From Escherichia coli (lineage in GTDB: Bacteria; Pseudomonadota; Gammaproteobacteria; Enterobacterales; Enterobacteriaceae), in assembly GCF_002854065.1 (NCBI RefSeq), contig NZ_CP024147.1: a stretch of DNA of 64,000 nucleotides, one strand, 5' to 3'. Below, in pieces: positions 12,650-25,129 of the stretch; position 1 is the first letter of the stretch, and every line of letters starts with the position of its first letter. The position numbers and the translations under genes are program-made. The notes beneath the pieces were generated by a model, which had not been told where the DNA came from, did not search any database, and saw only the letters and a list, made by a program, of their open reading frames with translations.

Positions 12650-13723
12650 GTGGGGCAGCGAATACCTGTAACGCTTGGTAATATTGCGCCGTTGTCGCTA
12701 AGGCCGTTCCAGCCTGGACGAATAGCTCTGGTGTGCGAAGGCGGCGGACAGCGTGGAATTTTCACGGCTGGCGTGCTGGATGAGTTTATGCGCGCGCAGT
12801 TTAATCCTTTCGATCTTTATCTCGGCACATCTGCCGGGGCGCAGAACCTCTCGGCGTTTATCTGCAATCAGCCCGGTTACGCGCGCAAAGTCATCATGCG
12901 CTATACCACAAAACGCGAATTTTTCGATCCATTGCGCTTTGTCCGTGGAGGAAATCTTATCGATCTCGACTGGCTGGTGGAGGCCACCGCAAGCCAGATG
13001 CCGTTGCAAATGGATACCGCCGCGCGGTTGTTTGACAGCGGCAAATCGTTTTATATGTGCGCCTGTCGTCAGGATGACTACGCGCCGAATTACTTTTTAC
13101 CAACCAAACAAAACTGGCTGGATGTGATTCGCGCCTCCAGTGCGATACCTGGCTTTTATCGTAGCGGAGTGTCGCTGGAAGGCATTAACTACCTGGATGG
13201 CGGGATCAGTGATGCGATTCCGGTTAAAGAGGCGGCAAGGCAGGGCGCTAAAACGTTGGTCGTCATCCGCACTGTGCCGTCACAAATGTACTACACGCCG
13301 CAGTGGTTCAAACGCATGGAACGCTGGCTGGGTGACAGTAGCCTGCAGCCGCTGGTCAATCTGGTGCAGCATCATGAAACCAGCTATCGTGACATTCAGC
13401 AATTTATTGAGAAACCACCGGGCAAGCTGCGGATATTCGAAATTTATCCGCCGAAGCCATTACATAGTATCGCGCTTGGCAGTCGGGTTCCGGCGCTGCG
13501 TGAAGACTATAAACTTGGGCGTTTATGCGGTCGTTATTTCCTCGCCACGGTTGGCAAGCTATTAACTGAAAAAGCGCCGCTTACCCGCCATCTGGTGCCA
13601 GTGGTGACGCCGGAATCGATCGTTATTCCGCCTGCGCCAGTCGCCAACGATACGCTGGTTGCCGAAGTGAGCGATGCTCCGCAGGCGAACGACCCGACAT
13701 TTAACAATGAGGATCTGGCTTGA
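12650..13723 (+). CDS. yjjU: Patatin-like phospholipase YjjU
   Basis: GGGxRG oxyanion motif CEGGGQRGIF and GTSAG serine motif; GTG start chosen with upstream aggaagg SD (start uncertain). Confidence 0.85.
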   Translation: MGQRIPVTLGNIAPLSLRPFQPGRIALVCEGGGQRGIFTAGVLDEFMRAQFNPFDLYLGTSAGAQNLSAFICNQPGYARKVIMRYTTKREFFDPLRFVRGGNLIDLDWLVEATASQMPLQMDTAARLFDSGKSFYMCACRQDDYAPNYFLPTKQNWLDVIRASSAIPGFYRSGVSLEGINYLDGGISDAIPVKEAARQGAKTLVVIRTVPSQMYYTPQWFKRMERWLGDSSLQPLVNLVQHHETSYRDIQQFIEKPPGKLRIFEIYPPKPLHSIALGSRVPALREDYKLGRLCGRYFLATVGKLLTEKAPLTRHLVPVVTPESIVIPPAPVANDTLVAEVSDAPQANDPTFNNEDLA

Positions 13724-14502
13724 TTTGCCGTTTTATCGATACCCACTGCCATTTTGATTTCCCGCCGTTTAGTGGCGATGAAGAGGCCAGCCTGCAACGC
13801 GCGGCACAAGCGGGCGTAGGCAAGATCATTGTTCCGGCGACAGAGGCGGAAAATTTTGCCCGCGTGCAGGCGTTAGCGGAAAAATATCAACCGCTGTATG
13901 CCGCATTGGGGTTGCATCCGGGGATGTTGGAAAAACATAGCGATGTGTCTCTTGATCAGCTACAGCAGGCGCTGGAAAGGCGTCCGGCGAAGGTGGTGGC
14001 GGTGGGGGAGATCGGTCTGGATCTCTTCGGCGACGATCCGCAATTTGAGAGGCAGCAGTGGTTACTCGACGAACAACTGAAACTGGCGAAACGCTACGAT
14101 CTGCCGGTGATCCTGCATTCACGGCGCACACACGACAAACTGGCGATGCATCTTAAACGCCACGATTTGCCGCGTGCTGGTGTTGTCCACGGATTTTCTG
14201 GCAGCCAGCAACAGGCTGAACGGTTTGTACAGCTGGGCTACAAAATCGGCGTAGGCGGTACTATCACCTATCCACGCGCCAGTAAAACCCGCGATGTCAT
14301 CGCAAAATTACCGCTGGCATCGTTGTTGCTGGAAACCGACGCGCCGGATATGCCGCTCAACGGCTTTCAGGGGCAGCCTAACCGACCGGAACAGGCTGTG
14401 CGGGTGTTTGATGTGCTTTGCGAGTTGCGCCCGGAACCAGAAGATGAGATTGCCGAAGTGTTGCTTAATAATACGTATGCGTTGTTTAGCGTTAGTGGGT
14501 AG
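13720..14502 (+). CDS. yjjV: TatD-family metal-dependent hydrolase YjjV
   Basis: 260 aa, HxH motif IDTHCHFDF; apparent TTG start. Confidence 0.85.
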   Translation: MICRFIDTHCHFDFPPFSGDEEASLQRAAQAGVGKIIVPATEAENFARVQALAEKYQPLYAALGLHPGMLEKHSDVSLDQLQQALERRPAKVVAVGEIGLDLFGDDPQFERQQWLLDEQLKLAKRYDLPVILHSRRTHDKLAMHLKRHDLPRAGVVHGFSGSQQQAERFVQLGYKIGVGGTITYPRASKTRDVIAKLPLASLLLETDAPDMPLNGFQGQPNRPEQAVRVFDVLCELRPEPEDEIAEVLLNNTYALFSVSG

Positions 14503-14504
14503 TT

Positions 14505-14915
<411 letters not shown>

Positions 14916-14917
14916 TG

Positions 14918-15781
14918 TCACAAATACAGCGCCGGAAATATCAACCGGCCCACCCCGCGCACCTTTAATGCATCAGCCAACGGCTCAACGTCTTCCGGCG
15001 TGGCGCTCGCCCAGCTTTGCGCCTCGCCATACACGCCGTGGGCATGAAACGCGTTCAGGCGTACCGGAACATCGCCAAGTCCCTTGATAAACGCCGCCAG
15101 TTCTTCGATGTGTTGCAAATAATCCACCTGGCCAGGGATTACCAGCAAACGCAGTTCCGCCAGCTTGCCGCGCTCTGCCAGCAAACAGATGCTGCGCTTA
15201 ATCTGCTGATTATCGCGTCCGGTTAATTGTTGATGACATTCGCTACCCCATGCTTTGAGATCGAGCATTGCGCCGTCACACACCGGGAGTAATTTTTCCC
15301 AGCCGGTTTCGCTCAACATGCCGTTACTGTCCACCAGACAGGTGAGATGGCGCAGTTGCGGATCGTTTTTGATAGCAGTAAACAGCGCCACTACAAACGG
15401 CAGTTGGGTCGTGGCTTCGCCGCCGCTTACCGTTATCCCTTCAATAAACAGCACCGCTTTGCGGACATGGCTAAGCACTTCGTCCACGCTCATGGATTGC
15501 GCCATCGGCGTGGCATGTTGCGGACACCTCTTCAGGCAGGTATCACACTGCTCGCAGACCGCAGCGTTCCACACCACTTTGCCGTCAACAATCTGCAACG
15601 CCTGATGCGGACACTGTGGCACGCACTCTCCGCAATGATTACAGCGCCCCATCGTCCACGGATTGTGACAGTTTTTGCAGCGCAGATTGCAGCCCTGCAA
15701 AAACAGAGCCAGACGACTGCCTGGCCCGTCAACGCAGGAGAAGGGGATAATCTTACTGACTAAAGCGCATCTGCTGTTCAT
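14918..15781 (-). CDS. yjjW: Glycyl-radical enzyme activating protein (radical SAM) YjjW
   Basis: 287 aa; CxxxCxxC and extra ferredoxin-like Cys clusters; overlaps yjjI. Confidence 0.88.
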   Translation of the reverse strand: MNSRCALVSKIIPFSCVDGPGSRLALFLQGCNLRCKNCHNPWTMGRCNHCGECVPQCPHQALQIVDGKVVWNAAVCEQCDTCLKRCPQHATPMAQSMSVDEVLSHVRKAVLFIEGITVSGGEATTQLPFVVALFTAIKNDPQLRHLTCLVDSNGMLSETGWEKLLPVCDGAMLDLKAWGSECHQQLTGRDNQQIKRSICLLAERGKLAELRLLVIPGQVDYLQHIEELAAFIKGLGDVPVRLNAFHAHGVYGEAQSWASATPEDVEPLADALKVRGVGRLIFPALYL

Positions 15782-17303
15782 GGCTTATCACGCGCGGCTG
15801 GCGTTCCAGAATACGAGTGTTGCGTGCGGCTTCTTCGCCCAGCCAGGTGGTGTTGGTGCGTGAACCTTCGGCGCGATATTTTTCTAAATCCGACAAACGC
15901 ACCATATAACCGGTAACGCGAACCAGATCGTTACCGCTGACATTGGCGGTAAATTCACGCATTCCGGCTTTAAAGGCACCGAGGCAAAGCTGTACCAGCG
16001 CCTGCGGATTACGTTTGATGGTTTCGTCGAGCGTCAGAATGTCGCTGATGCCGGAATAATAATAAGCATGATGCGGGGCGACAGTTTGCAGATGGGTGAT
16101 CGGATCTGGCTCATCGCCATAGGGTAAACGCGCGCCCGGCGTGGTGCCGATATCGGAACTGATCCCCGACTGTGCGTGTAACATGGCGCGTTTTTGCCAT
16201 CCATATTTCACGGGGGTATTGGCGACAAACTCCGCCAGTTGCGCGCTGATGCGATAACCCACTTCATTTGCGGCGGCTTCTTTACCGTAACGTGCGGCAA
16301 TCCCTTCTTTCTCACACAGCAAGTTAACCGCTTCCGCCAGCCCATACATGCCAAACATTGGCACAAAACGTTCAGGGTTAATCAGCCCTTCTTTCACCAG
16401 GAAGCTATTCTCAAAGAAGTGTGATTGTTGATAGAGGAATTCACACCGCGCATCGATGATGGCGATCTGCTGCTGGCAATAGTGCGGTAGAGTGCGCGTA
16501 AAGAAGTCATCCAGCGATTCGCTGCGCTCGGCAATGGCTTTCAGGTTAAGGCGTACCAGCGTGCTGCCACCACCCGCCAGCGGCAGTGAGTTGTAACAGC
16601 TCACAATCCCGTAGCCCCCTTTTGTGAAAATTTTATCATGCACCGGACCGTTGGCGATGTGCGGTTTGCTACATTCACAGATGTTCTTCGCCACTTCCAG
16701 CAGCAGGTCATCAGGGGTGATTTCAGGATCGTAGATAAAGGTCAGGTTCGGTGAAACCTGCTTCAACTCTGCGTCTGCACGTAAGATCGCGCGGGTAATG
16801 GGCGAATCAGACGGGCCGATATTGGCGTGCATAAAGGCGTCTGGCAGGGTTCTGTCGAGGTAACGCCAGAAACGTTTTATTCGAACATCGATCTCGTCTT
16901 GTGTTAGAATTCTAACATACGGTTGCAACAACGCATCCAGTTGCCCCAGGTAGACCGGCATCGATGTGACCGACGGTACGTGGTGGTAAAGAATGGTCAG
17001 CAGAGAGAGTGCGTCATCAAGATCTTTCGCGCCTTCCAGCTCCAGCCATTCGGAACCGTTCGCCAGAAAACGGGCGTAATCGGGTAAGACATAGCGCGGT
17101 TTGTACGGCGCATGACCTTCAAACATATCGCAGATTACACCCTCATCCAGCGCGCGGCGGGCTTCGGCAGGAAGCTGCGGATAAGGCAGATTGTTTTCTG
17201 CTTCCAGAGCCAGAAAATGGCGCTTCTGCTCCGGGCTAAGCACTGGGCTGGTGACAATTTGCTGGCAACGTTGTTGCAGTGCATTTTCATGAGAAGTGGG
17301 CAT
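15753..17303 (-). CDS. yjjI: Glycine-radical-enzyme-like protein YjjI
   Basis: 516 aa; synteny with its activase yjjW. Confidence 0.88.
   Translation of the reverse strand: MPTSHENALQQRCQQIVTSPVLSPEQKRHFLALEAENNLPYPQLPAEARRALDEGVICDMFEGHAPYKPRYVLPDYARFLANGSEWLELEGAKDLDDALSLLTILYHHVPSVTSMPVYLGQLDALLQPYVRILTQDEIDVRIKRFWRYLDRTLPDAFMHANIGPSDSPITRAILRADAELKQVSPNLTFIYDPEITPDDLLLEVAKNICECSKPHIANGPVHDKIFTKGGYGIVSCYNSLPLAGGGSTLVRLNLKAIAERSESLDDFFTRTLPHYCQQQIAIIDARCEFLYQQSHFFENSFLVKEGLINPERFVPMFGMYGLAEAVNLLCEKEGIAARYGKEAAANEVGYRISAQLAEFVANTPVKYGWQKRAMLHAQSGISSDIGTTPGARLPYGDEPDPITHLQTVAPHHAYYYSGISDILTLDETIKRNPQALVQLCLGAFKAGMREFTANVSGNDLVRVTGYMVRLSDLEKYRAEGSRTNTTWLGEEAARNTRILERQPRVISHEQQMRFSQ
16902..16917 (+). 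promoter_or_regulatory. DeoR operator (deo O1 region), inside yjjI coding sequence
   Basis: Exact palindrome tgttagaattctaaca; 599 bp upstream of the second copy, matching the known O1-O2 spacing. Confidence 0.75.
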
Positions 17304-17500
17304 CTTCTTTTCCTTTTATGCCGAAGGTGATGCGCCATTGTAAGAAGTTTCGTGATGTTCACTTTGATCCTGATGCGTTTGCCACCACTGACGCATTCAT
17401 TTGAAAGTGAATTATTTGAACCAGATCGCATTACAGTGATGCAAACTTGTAAGTAGATTTCCTTAATTGTGATGTATATCGAAGTGTGTTGCGGAGTAGA

Positions 17501-17516
17501 TGTTAGAATACTAACA
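17501..17516 (+). promoter_or_regulatory. DeoR operator (deo O2, P2 region)
   Basis: tgttagaatactaaca, 45 bp upstream of deoC start. Confidence 0.75.
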
Positions 17517-17560
17517 AACTCGCAAGGTGAATTTTATTGGCAACAAGCCAGGAGAATGAA

Positions 17561-18340
17561 ATGACTGATCTGAAAGCAAGCAGCCTGCGTGCACTGAAAT
17601 TGATGGACCTGACCACCCTGAATGACGACGACACCGACGAGAAAGTAATTGCTCTGTGTCATCAGGCCAAAACTCCGGTCGGCAATACCGCCGCTATCTG
17701 TATCTATCCTCGCTTTATCCCGATTGCTCGCAAAACGCTGAAAGAGCAGGGCACCCCGGAAATCCGAATCGCTACGGTAACCAACTTCCCACACGGTAAC
17801 GATGACATCGAAATCGCGCTGGCAGAAACCCGTGCGGCAATCGCCTACGGTGCTGATGAAGTTGACGTTGTGTTCCCGTACCGCGCGCTGATGGCGGGTA
17901 ACGAGCAGGTTGGTTTTGACCTGGTGAAAGCCTGTAAAGAGGCTTGCGCGGCAGCGAATGTACTGCTGAAAGTGATCATCGAAACCGGCGAACTGAAAGA
18001 CGAAGCGCTGATCCGTAAAGCGTCTGAAATCTCCATCAAAGCGGGTGCGGACTTCATCAAAACCTCTACCGGTAAAGTGGCTGTGAACGCGACGCCGGAA
18101 AGCGCGCGCATCATGATGGAAGTGATCCGTGATATGGGCGTAGAAAAAACCGTTGGTTTCAAACCAGCGGGCGGCGTGCGTACTGCGGAAGATGCGCAGA
18201 AATATCTCGCCATCGCAGATGAACTGTTCGGTGCTGACTGGGCAGATGCGCGTCACTACCGCTTTGGTGCTTCCAGCCTGCTGGCAAGCCTGTTGAAAGC
18301 GCTGGGCCACGGTGACGGTAAGAGCGCCAGCAGCTACTAA
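17561..18340 (+). CDS. deoC: Deoxyribose-phosphate aldolase
   Basis: 259 aa from [29 protein letters not shown]. Confidence 0.95.
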
Positions 18341-18350
18341 GTAAGATGCT

Positions 18351-18430
18351 TTACGCCTGATGCGCTGCGCTTATCAGGCCTACGAAACGTATCTACCCGT
18401 AGGCCGGATAAGGCGTAGACGCATCCGGCA
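18351..18430. repeat. REP element pair between deoC and deoA
   Basis: gcctgatgcgctgcgcttatcaggcctac ... gccggataaggcgtagacgcatccggc. Confidence 0.8.
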
Positions 18431-18466
18431 AAAGCCGCCTCATACTCTTTTCCTCGGGAGGTTACC

Positions 18467-19789
18467 TTGTTTCTCGCACAAGAAATTATTCGTAAAAAAC
18501 GTGATGGTCATGCGCTGAGCGATGAAGAAATTCGTTTCTTTATCAACGGTATTCGCGACAACACTATCTCCGAAGGGCAGATTGCCGCCCTCGCGATGAC
18601 CATTTTCTTCCACGATATGACAATGCCTGAGCGTGTCTCGCTGACCATGGCGATGCGAGATTCAGGAACCGTTCTCGACTGGAAAAGCCTGCATCTGAAT
18701 GGCCCGATTGTTGATAAACACTCCACCGGCGGCGTCGGCGATGTGACTTCGCTGATGTTGGGGCCGATGGTCGCAGCCTGCGGCGGCTATATTCCGATGA
18801 TCTCCGGTCGCGGCCTCGGTCATACTGGCGGTACGCTCGACAAACTGGAATCCATCCCTGGCTTCGACATTTTCCCGGATGACAACCGTTTCCGCGAAAT
18901 TATTAAAGACGTCGGCGTAGCGATTATCGGCCAGACCAGCTCACTGGCTCCGGCGGATAAACGTTTCTACGCGACCCGTGATATTACCGCAACCGTGGAC
19001 TCCATCCCGCTGATCACTGCCTCGATCCTGGCGAAGAAACTGGCGGAAGGTCTGGATGCGCTGGTGATGGACGTGAAAGTGGGTAGCGGCGCGTTTATGC
19101 CGACCTACGAACTCTCTGAAGCCCTTGCCGAAGCGATTGTTGGCGTGGCTAACGGCGCTGGCGTGCGCACCACCGCGCTGCTCACCGATATGAATCAGGT
19201 ACTGGCCTCCAGTGCAGGTAACGCGGTTGAAGTTCGTGAAGCGGTGCAGTTCCTGACGGGTGAATATCGTAACCCGCGTCTGTTTGATGTCACGATGGCG
19301 CTGTGCGTGGAGATGCTGATCTCCGGCAAACTGGCGAAAGATGACGCCGAAGCGCGCGCGAAATTGCAGGCGGTGCTGGACAACGGTAAAGCGGCAGAAG
19401 TCTTTGGTCGTATGGTAGCGGCACAAAAAGGCCCAACCGACTTCGTTGAGAACTACGCGAAGTATCTGCCGACAGCGATGCTGACGAAAGCAGTCTATGC
19501 TGATACCGAAGGTTTTGTCAGTGAAATGGATACCCGCGCGCTGGGGATGGCAGTGGTTGCAATGGGCGGCGGACGCCGTCAGGCATCTGACACCATCGAT
19601 TACAGCGTCGGCTTTACTGATATGGCACGTCTGGGCGACCAGGTAGACGGTCAGCGTCCGCTGGCGGTTATCCACGCGAAAGACGAAAACAGCTGGCAGG
19701 AAGCGGCGAAAGCGGTGAAAGCGGCAATTAAACTTGCCGATAAAGCACCGGAAAGCACACCAACTGTCTATCGCCGTATCAGCGAATAA
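18467..19789 (+). CDS. deoA: Thymidine phosphorylase
   Basis: 440 aa, TTG start; [21 protein letters not shown]. Confidence 0.95.
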
Positions 19790-19819
19790 CGGTATACTGA
19801 TCTGATCATTTAAATTTGA

Positions 19820-21064
<1,245 letters not shown>

Positions 21065-21095
21065 TAATGGGTGCGGCTTGATGCCCTCACCCCGG

Positions 21096-21116
21096 CCCTC
21101 TCCCTCAGGGAGAGGG
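21096..21116 (+). other. Perfect 9-bp inverted repeat (stem-loop) in the deoB-deoD spacer
   Basis: ccctctccc tca gggagaggg. Confidence 0.6.
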
Positions 21117-21143
21117 TGAAAACATGTTGATAAGGATAAAACA

Positions 21144-21863
21144 ATGGCTACCCCACACATTAATGCAGAAATGGGCGATTTCGCTGACGTAGTTTTGATG
21201 CCAGGCGACCCGCTGCGTGCGAAGTATATTGCTGAAACTTTCCTTGAAGATGCCCGTGAAGTGAACAACGTTCGCGGTATGCTGGGCTTCACCGGTACTT
21301 ACAAAGGCCGCAAAATTTCCGTAATGGGTCACGGTATGGGTATCCCGTCCTGCTCCATCTACACCAAAGAACTGATCACCGATTTCGGCGTGAAGAAAAT
21401 TATCCGCGTGGGTTCCTGTGGCGCAGTTCTGCCGCACGTAAAACTGCGCGACGTCGTTATCGGTATGGGTGCCTGCACCGATTCCAAAGTTAACCGCATC
21501 CGTTTTAAAGATCATGACTTTGCCGCTATCGCTGACTTTGACATGGTGCGTAACGCGGTAGACGCGGCTAAAGCACTGGGCATTGATGCTCGCGTTGGTA
21601 ACCTGTTCTCCGCTGACCTGTTCTACTCTCCGGACGGCGAAATGTTCGACGTGATGGAAAAATACGGCATCCTCGGCGTGGAAATGGAAGCGGCTGGTAT
21701 CTACGGCGTCGCTGCAGAATTTGGCGCGAAAGCCCTGACCATCTGTACCGTGTCTGACCACATCCGCACTCACGAGCAGACCACTGCCGCTGAGCGTCAG
21801 ACCACCTTCAACGACATGATCAAAATCGCACTGGAATCCGTTCTGCTGGGCGATAAAGAGTAA
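21144..21863 (+). CDS. deoD: Purine nucleoside phosphorylase
   Basis: 239 aa [28 protein letters not shown]. Confidence 0.95.
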
Positions 21864-21894
21864 TTGTGTTTCGCTGAAAGGCGATTGTCGTGTG

Positions 21895-21925
21895 AAGCCG
21901 GAGTGGGAGACTGCTCCGGCTTTTT
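21895..21925 (+). terminator. Rho-independent terminator of the deo operon
   Basis: Hairpin agccggagtgggagactgctccggct followed by TTTTT. Confidence 0.8.
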
Positions 21926-21993
21926 AGTATCTATTCATCAATAGCAACTGATTTATAGATTTACTATTATTTTTCATATGGATAGAAAATAAA

Positions 21994-22026
21994 ATCTATT
22001 CAAGTATCTATTCACGAATCTATTCA
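21994..22026. repeat. Three direct repeats of ATCTATTCA at 12-bp spacing (fourth copy at 21929-21937)
   Basis: atctattcaagt atctattcacga atctattcattt read directly from the sequence. Confidence 0.7.
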
Positions 22027-22137
22027 TTTATGTTCAGCCGTCATCCAGGAAGGGCATATCAGCAACTCTGGTGGACAACCATAAATTTCTGCCATTTTGC
22101 TTTTGATGTTTGAGCTAAACCGTTCCGTCTTTTCGAT

Positions 22138-22287
22138 CTATTTTAGAGAATTAATCGAGATACCTAACATTTTACTTACTTCAGCAAGCGATAATTTATG
22201 CCTGATACGCACGGCGGCTAGCCAGGAAATACGCTGGCTTAACATTAAATTGATAATCTCCCGCTCCTGGTTTTCCAGATCGATCAT
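22138..22287 (-). pseudogene. 49-codon ORF encoding a truncated XRE-like helix-turn-helix; possible remnant of the N-terminus of HTH-HipA-like YjjJ
   Basis: MIDLENQEREIINLMLSQRISWLAAVRIRHKLSLAEVSKMLGISINSLK*; SD aggaaggg upstream; starts 31 bp beyond lplA stop; no long HipA-like ORF between deoD and lplA. Confidence 0.4.
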
Positions 22288-22318
22288 ATTCCCTTCCTTT
22301 GGTATTTTAATCAGCGAG

Positions 22319-23335
22319 TTACCTTACCGCCCCCGCTATCCACGTCGACAACTCCCGTAGCTCTTTTTCCTGGTCCGGGAAGTCAACCAACAGCGCTTCG
22401 CACTCTTGTTGCAGCATATCCGCGCGGTACAGGCAGCCTTGCAGTCGCCCGGCGAGGGCTTCCAGCGGCGCGGGGTTGAGGCTGTCGGTAAACACCTGGG
22501 CGCGGGTGATATGGCCTTTTTCAACGTCGAAATGCAGTTCCACGCCGCCCCAGGTAAAGCGTTCATCCAGCAGATGCGAGAATGCCGGAGCCTGACCGAA
22601 GTTCCATTCCCAGCTACTCTGGCGGGCAAAGGTTTCGGCGAAGTTCGGCAAGTCTGGCGTTTTGTCCGGGGAGATGATTTCCGCTTCTACACGCTCGCCA
22701 TAATGAGCGAAAAAGGCCTCGGTTATGGCCTCGCAAACCTGCTCATGGGTGATCCCCGGCAACAGCTCGGTGAGGTTGGTCACGCGGGAACGTACCGACG
22801 TAATGCCTTTCGCCGCCAGTTTCTTTTTATCCGGATTGAGATAGTTTGCCAGGCGACTAAGGTCGGCATTGAGCAGCAAGGTGCCGTGGTGGAAGCCACG
22901 ATCTTTGGTTTCGCGATAGGCCGATCCTGAGACTTTGCGGTCGCCTTCGGCGGTTTTCACCACCAGATCGTTACGCCCGGACGCTTCGGCGCTGACGCCA
23001 AGCGCGTTCAGCGCATTGAGCACAATCGACGTGGAGATGGTTTTATCGTACTCCGGCTTGCCAGCCATAAAGGTAAAGCAGGTATTGCCGAGATCGTGGA
23101 ACACCGCGCCGCCACCGCTACTGCGCCGTGCCAGGCGGACGTTATCTTCTTCCATCCGCCGGGTATTACACTCTTTCCACGGGTTCTGCGCGCGACCAAT
23201 CACTACCGTGTCGGCATTGCGCCAGAGAAACAGAACGCGCTGCGTGGCGGGCATCTGGCGAAAAATACACTCCTCCACCGCCAGGTTAAACCACGGGTCG
23301 TAAGAGTCAGAGATGAGCAGGCGTAATGTGGACAT
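22319..23335 (-). CDS. lplA: Lipoate-protein ligase A
   Basis: 338 aa [22 protein letters not shown]. Confidence 0.95.
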   Translation of the reverse strand: MSTLRLLISDSYDPWFNLAVEECIFRQMPATQRVLFLWRNADTVVIGRAQNPWKECNTRRMEEDNVRLARRSSGGGAVFHDLGNTCFTFMAGKPEYDKTISTSIVLNALNALGVSAEASGRNDLVVKTAEGDRKVSGSAYRETKDRGFHHGTLLLNADLSRLANYLNPDKKKLAAKGITSVRSRVTNLTELLPGITHEQVCEAITEAFFAHYGERVEAEIISPDKTPDLPNFAETFARQSSWEWNFGQAPAFSHLLDERFTWGGVELHFDVEKGHITRAQVFTDSLNPAPLEALAGRLQGCLYRADMLQQECEALLVDFPDQEKELRELSTWIAGAVR

Positions 23336-23362
23336 AACGATTTCCTTTCTTGTAGTAATGGG

Positions 23363-24007
23363 TCACTCTTTTTTCTCGCTTTCTTCCTCTTCCGGCACCG
23401 GTTTGCTGGCGGTTAACAGGAAGGGCGATTGCTGCCAGCGGGTACGTTTACCCTGTAGCAGCGTGCGGGTCAGCACTACGCCGATTGCCAGTGAAAGCAG
23501 CAACATCAGGCGTAAAATGTTAGTGGTGTTATCCACCTGTTGGGCTTCGGTGGCGAGCGTATGGGTGTCGAGCGTCAGGCGCAGATAGCCGAGCGGTCCG
23601 TTTTTCCCGGCAATTGGTTCGACAATCTGCTGGTTAAAATAGCCGCCCGCTTTTTTACCGTCGAGCGCCAGCCGGTCGCGCACTTCGACGCTTTCGCCAG
23701 AACGTGCGATAAGATCGCCTTGTTCGTCATACACGCCCGCGTCGAGGATACGGCTTTCATCCGTTAACTGATCAAGGATCGCCTGAATGCGTTTTTCATC
23801 CGGTGAGTCGGTACGCATCAGCGGTGCAACGTTCAGCGTTACCTGACGCGCCAGGGTGCGGGCCAGTTCTTCCAGCTGTGGATTACGTTGTCGCTGGTGG
23901 TTTTGACTAAACCATGACGCTCCCTGCATCAGCGCCACTAACAAGGCAAGACAGAACAGGACAATCACTGCCCGATGCAGCCGGAATTTCAGTTTTGTGC
24001 GAGCCAT
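23363..24007 (-). CDS. ytjB: Membrane protein YtjB (Smp)
   Basis: 214 aa, N-terminal TM segment; divergent from serB. Confidence 0.85.
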   Translation of the reverse strand: MARTKLKFRLHRAVIVLFCLALLVALMQGASWFSQNHQRQRNPQLEELARTLARQVTLNVAPLMRTDSPDEKRIQAILDQLTDESRILDAGVYDEQGDLIARSGESVEVRDRLALDGKKAGGYFNQQIVEPIAGKNGPLGYLRLTLDTHTLATEAQQVDNTTNILRLMLLLSLAIGVVLTRTLLQGKRTRWQQSPFLLTASKPVPEEEESEKKE

Positions 24008-24112
24008 CTTCCACCCTTTGAAAATTTGAGACTTAATGTTGCCAGAAGCAATGGATACAAGGTAGCCTCATGCGTTATTTTCCCTGCTTCGAACGATTTT
24101 ACAGGAGCCTTA

Positions 24113-25081
24113 ATGCCTAACATTACCTGGTGCGACCTGCCTGAAGATGTCTCTTTATGGCCGGGTCTGCCTCTTTCATTAAGTGGTGATGAAGTGATGC
24201 CACTGGATTACCACGCAGGTCGTAGCGGCTGGCTGCTGTATGGTCGTGGGCTGGATAAACAACGCCTGACCCAATACCAGAGCAAACTGGGCGCGGCGAT
24301 GGTGATTGTTGCCGCCTGGTGCGTGGAAGATTATCAGGTGATTCGTCTGGCAGGTTCACTCACCGCGCGCGCTACGCGCCTGGCCCATGAAGCGCAACTG
24401 GATGTCGCGCCGCTGGGGAAAATCCCGCACCTGCGCACGCCGGGTTTGCTGGTGATGGACATGGATTCCACCGCCATCCAGATTGAATGTATTGATGAAA
24501 TTGCCAAACTGGCCGGAACGGGCGAGATGGTGGCGGAGGTAACCGAACGGGCGATGCGCGGCGAACTCGATTTTACCGCCAGCCTGCGCAGCCGCGTGGC
24601 GACGCTGAAAGGCGCTGATGCCAATATTCTGCAACAGGTGCGTGAAAATCTGCCGCTGATGCCAGGCTTAACGCAGCTGGTGCTCAAGCTGGAAACGCTG
24701 GGCTGGAAAGTGGCGATTGCCTCCGGCGGCTTTACTTTCTTTGCTGAATACCTGCGCGACAAGCTGCGCCTGACCGCCGTGGTAGCCAATGAACTGGAGA
24801 TCATGGACGGTAAATTTACCGGCAATGTGATCGGCGACATCGTTGACGCGCAGTACAAAGCGAAAACTCTGACCCGCCTCGCGCAGGAGTATGAAATCCC
24901 GCTGGCGCAGACCGTGGCGATTGGCGATGGAGCCAATGACCTGCCGATGATCAAAGCGGCAGGGCTGGGGATTGCCTACCATGCCAAGCCAAAAGTGAAT
25001 GAAAAGACGGAAGTCACCATCCGTCACGCTGACCTGATGGGGGTATTCTGCATCCTCTCTGGCAGCCTGAATCAGAAGTAA
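24113..25081 (+). CDS. serB: Phosphoserine phosphatase
   Basis: 322 aa from MPNITWCDLPEDVSLWPGL; HAD motif DMDST. Confidence 0.93.
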   Translation: MPNITWCDLPEDVSLWPGLPLSLSGDEVMPLDYHAGRSGWLLYGRGLDKQRLTQYQSKLGAAMVIVAAWCVEDYQVIRLAGSLTARATRLAHEAQLDVAPLGKIPHLRTPGLLVMDMDSTAIQIECIDEIAKLAGTGEMVAEVTERAMRGELDFTASLRSRVATLKGADANILQQVRENLPLMPGLTQLVLKLETLGWKVAIASGGFTFFAEYLRDKLRLTAVVANELEIMDGKFTGNVIGDIVDAQYKAKTLTRLAQEYEIPLAQTVAIGDGANDLPMIKAAGLGIAYHAKPKVNEKTEVTIRHADLMGVFCILSGSLNQK

Positions 25082-25129
25082 TTGCCTGCCCGTCATCCTG
25101 CGGGCGGCACAGCATTAACGAGGTACACC

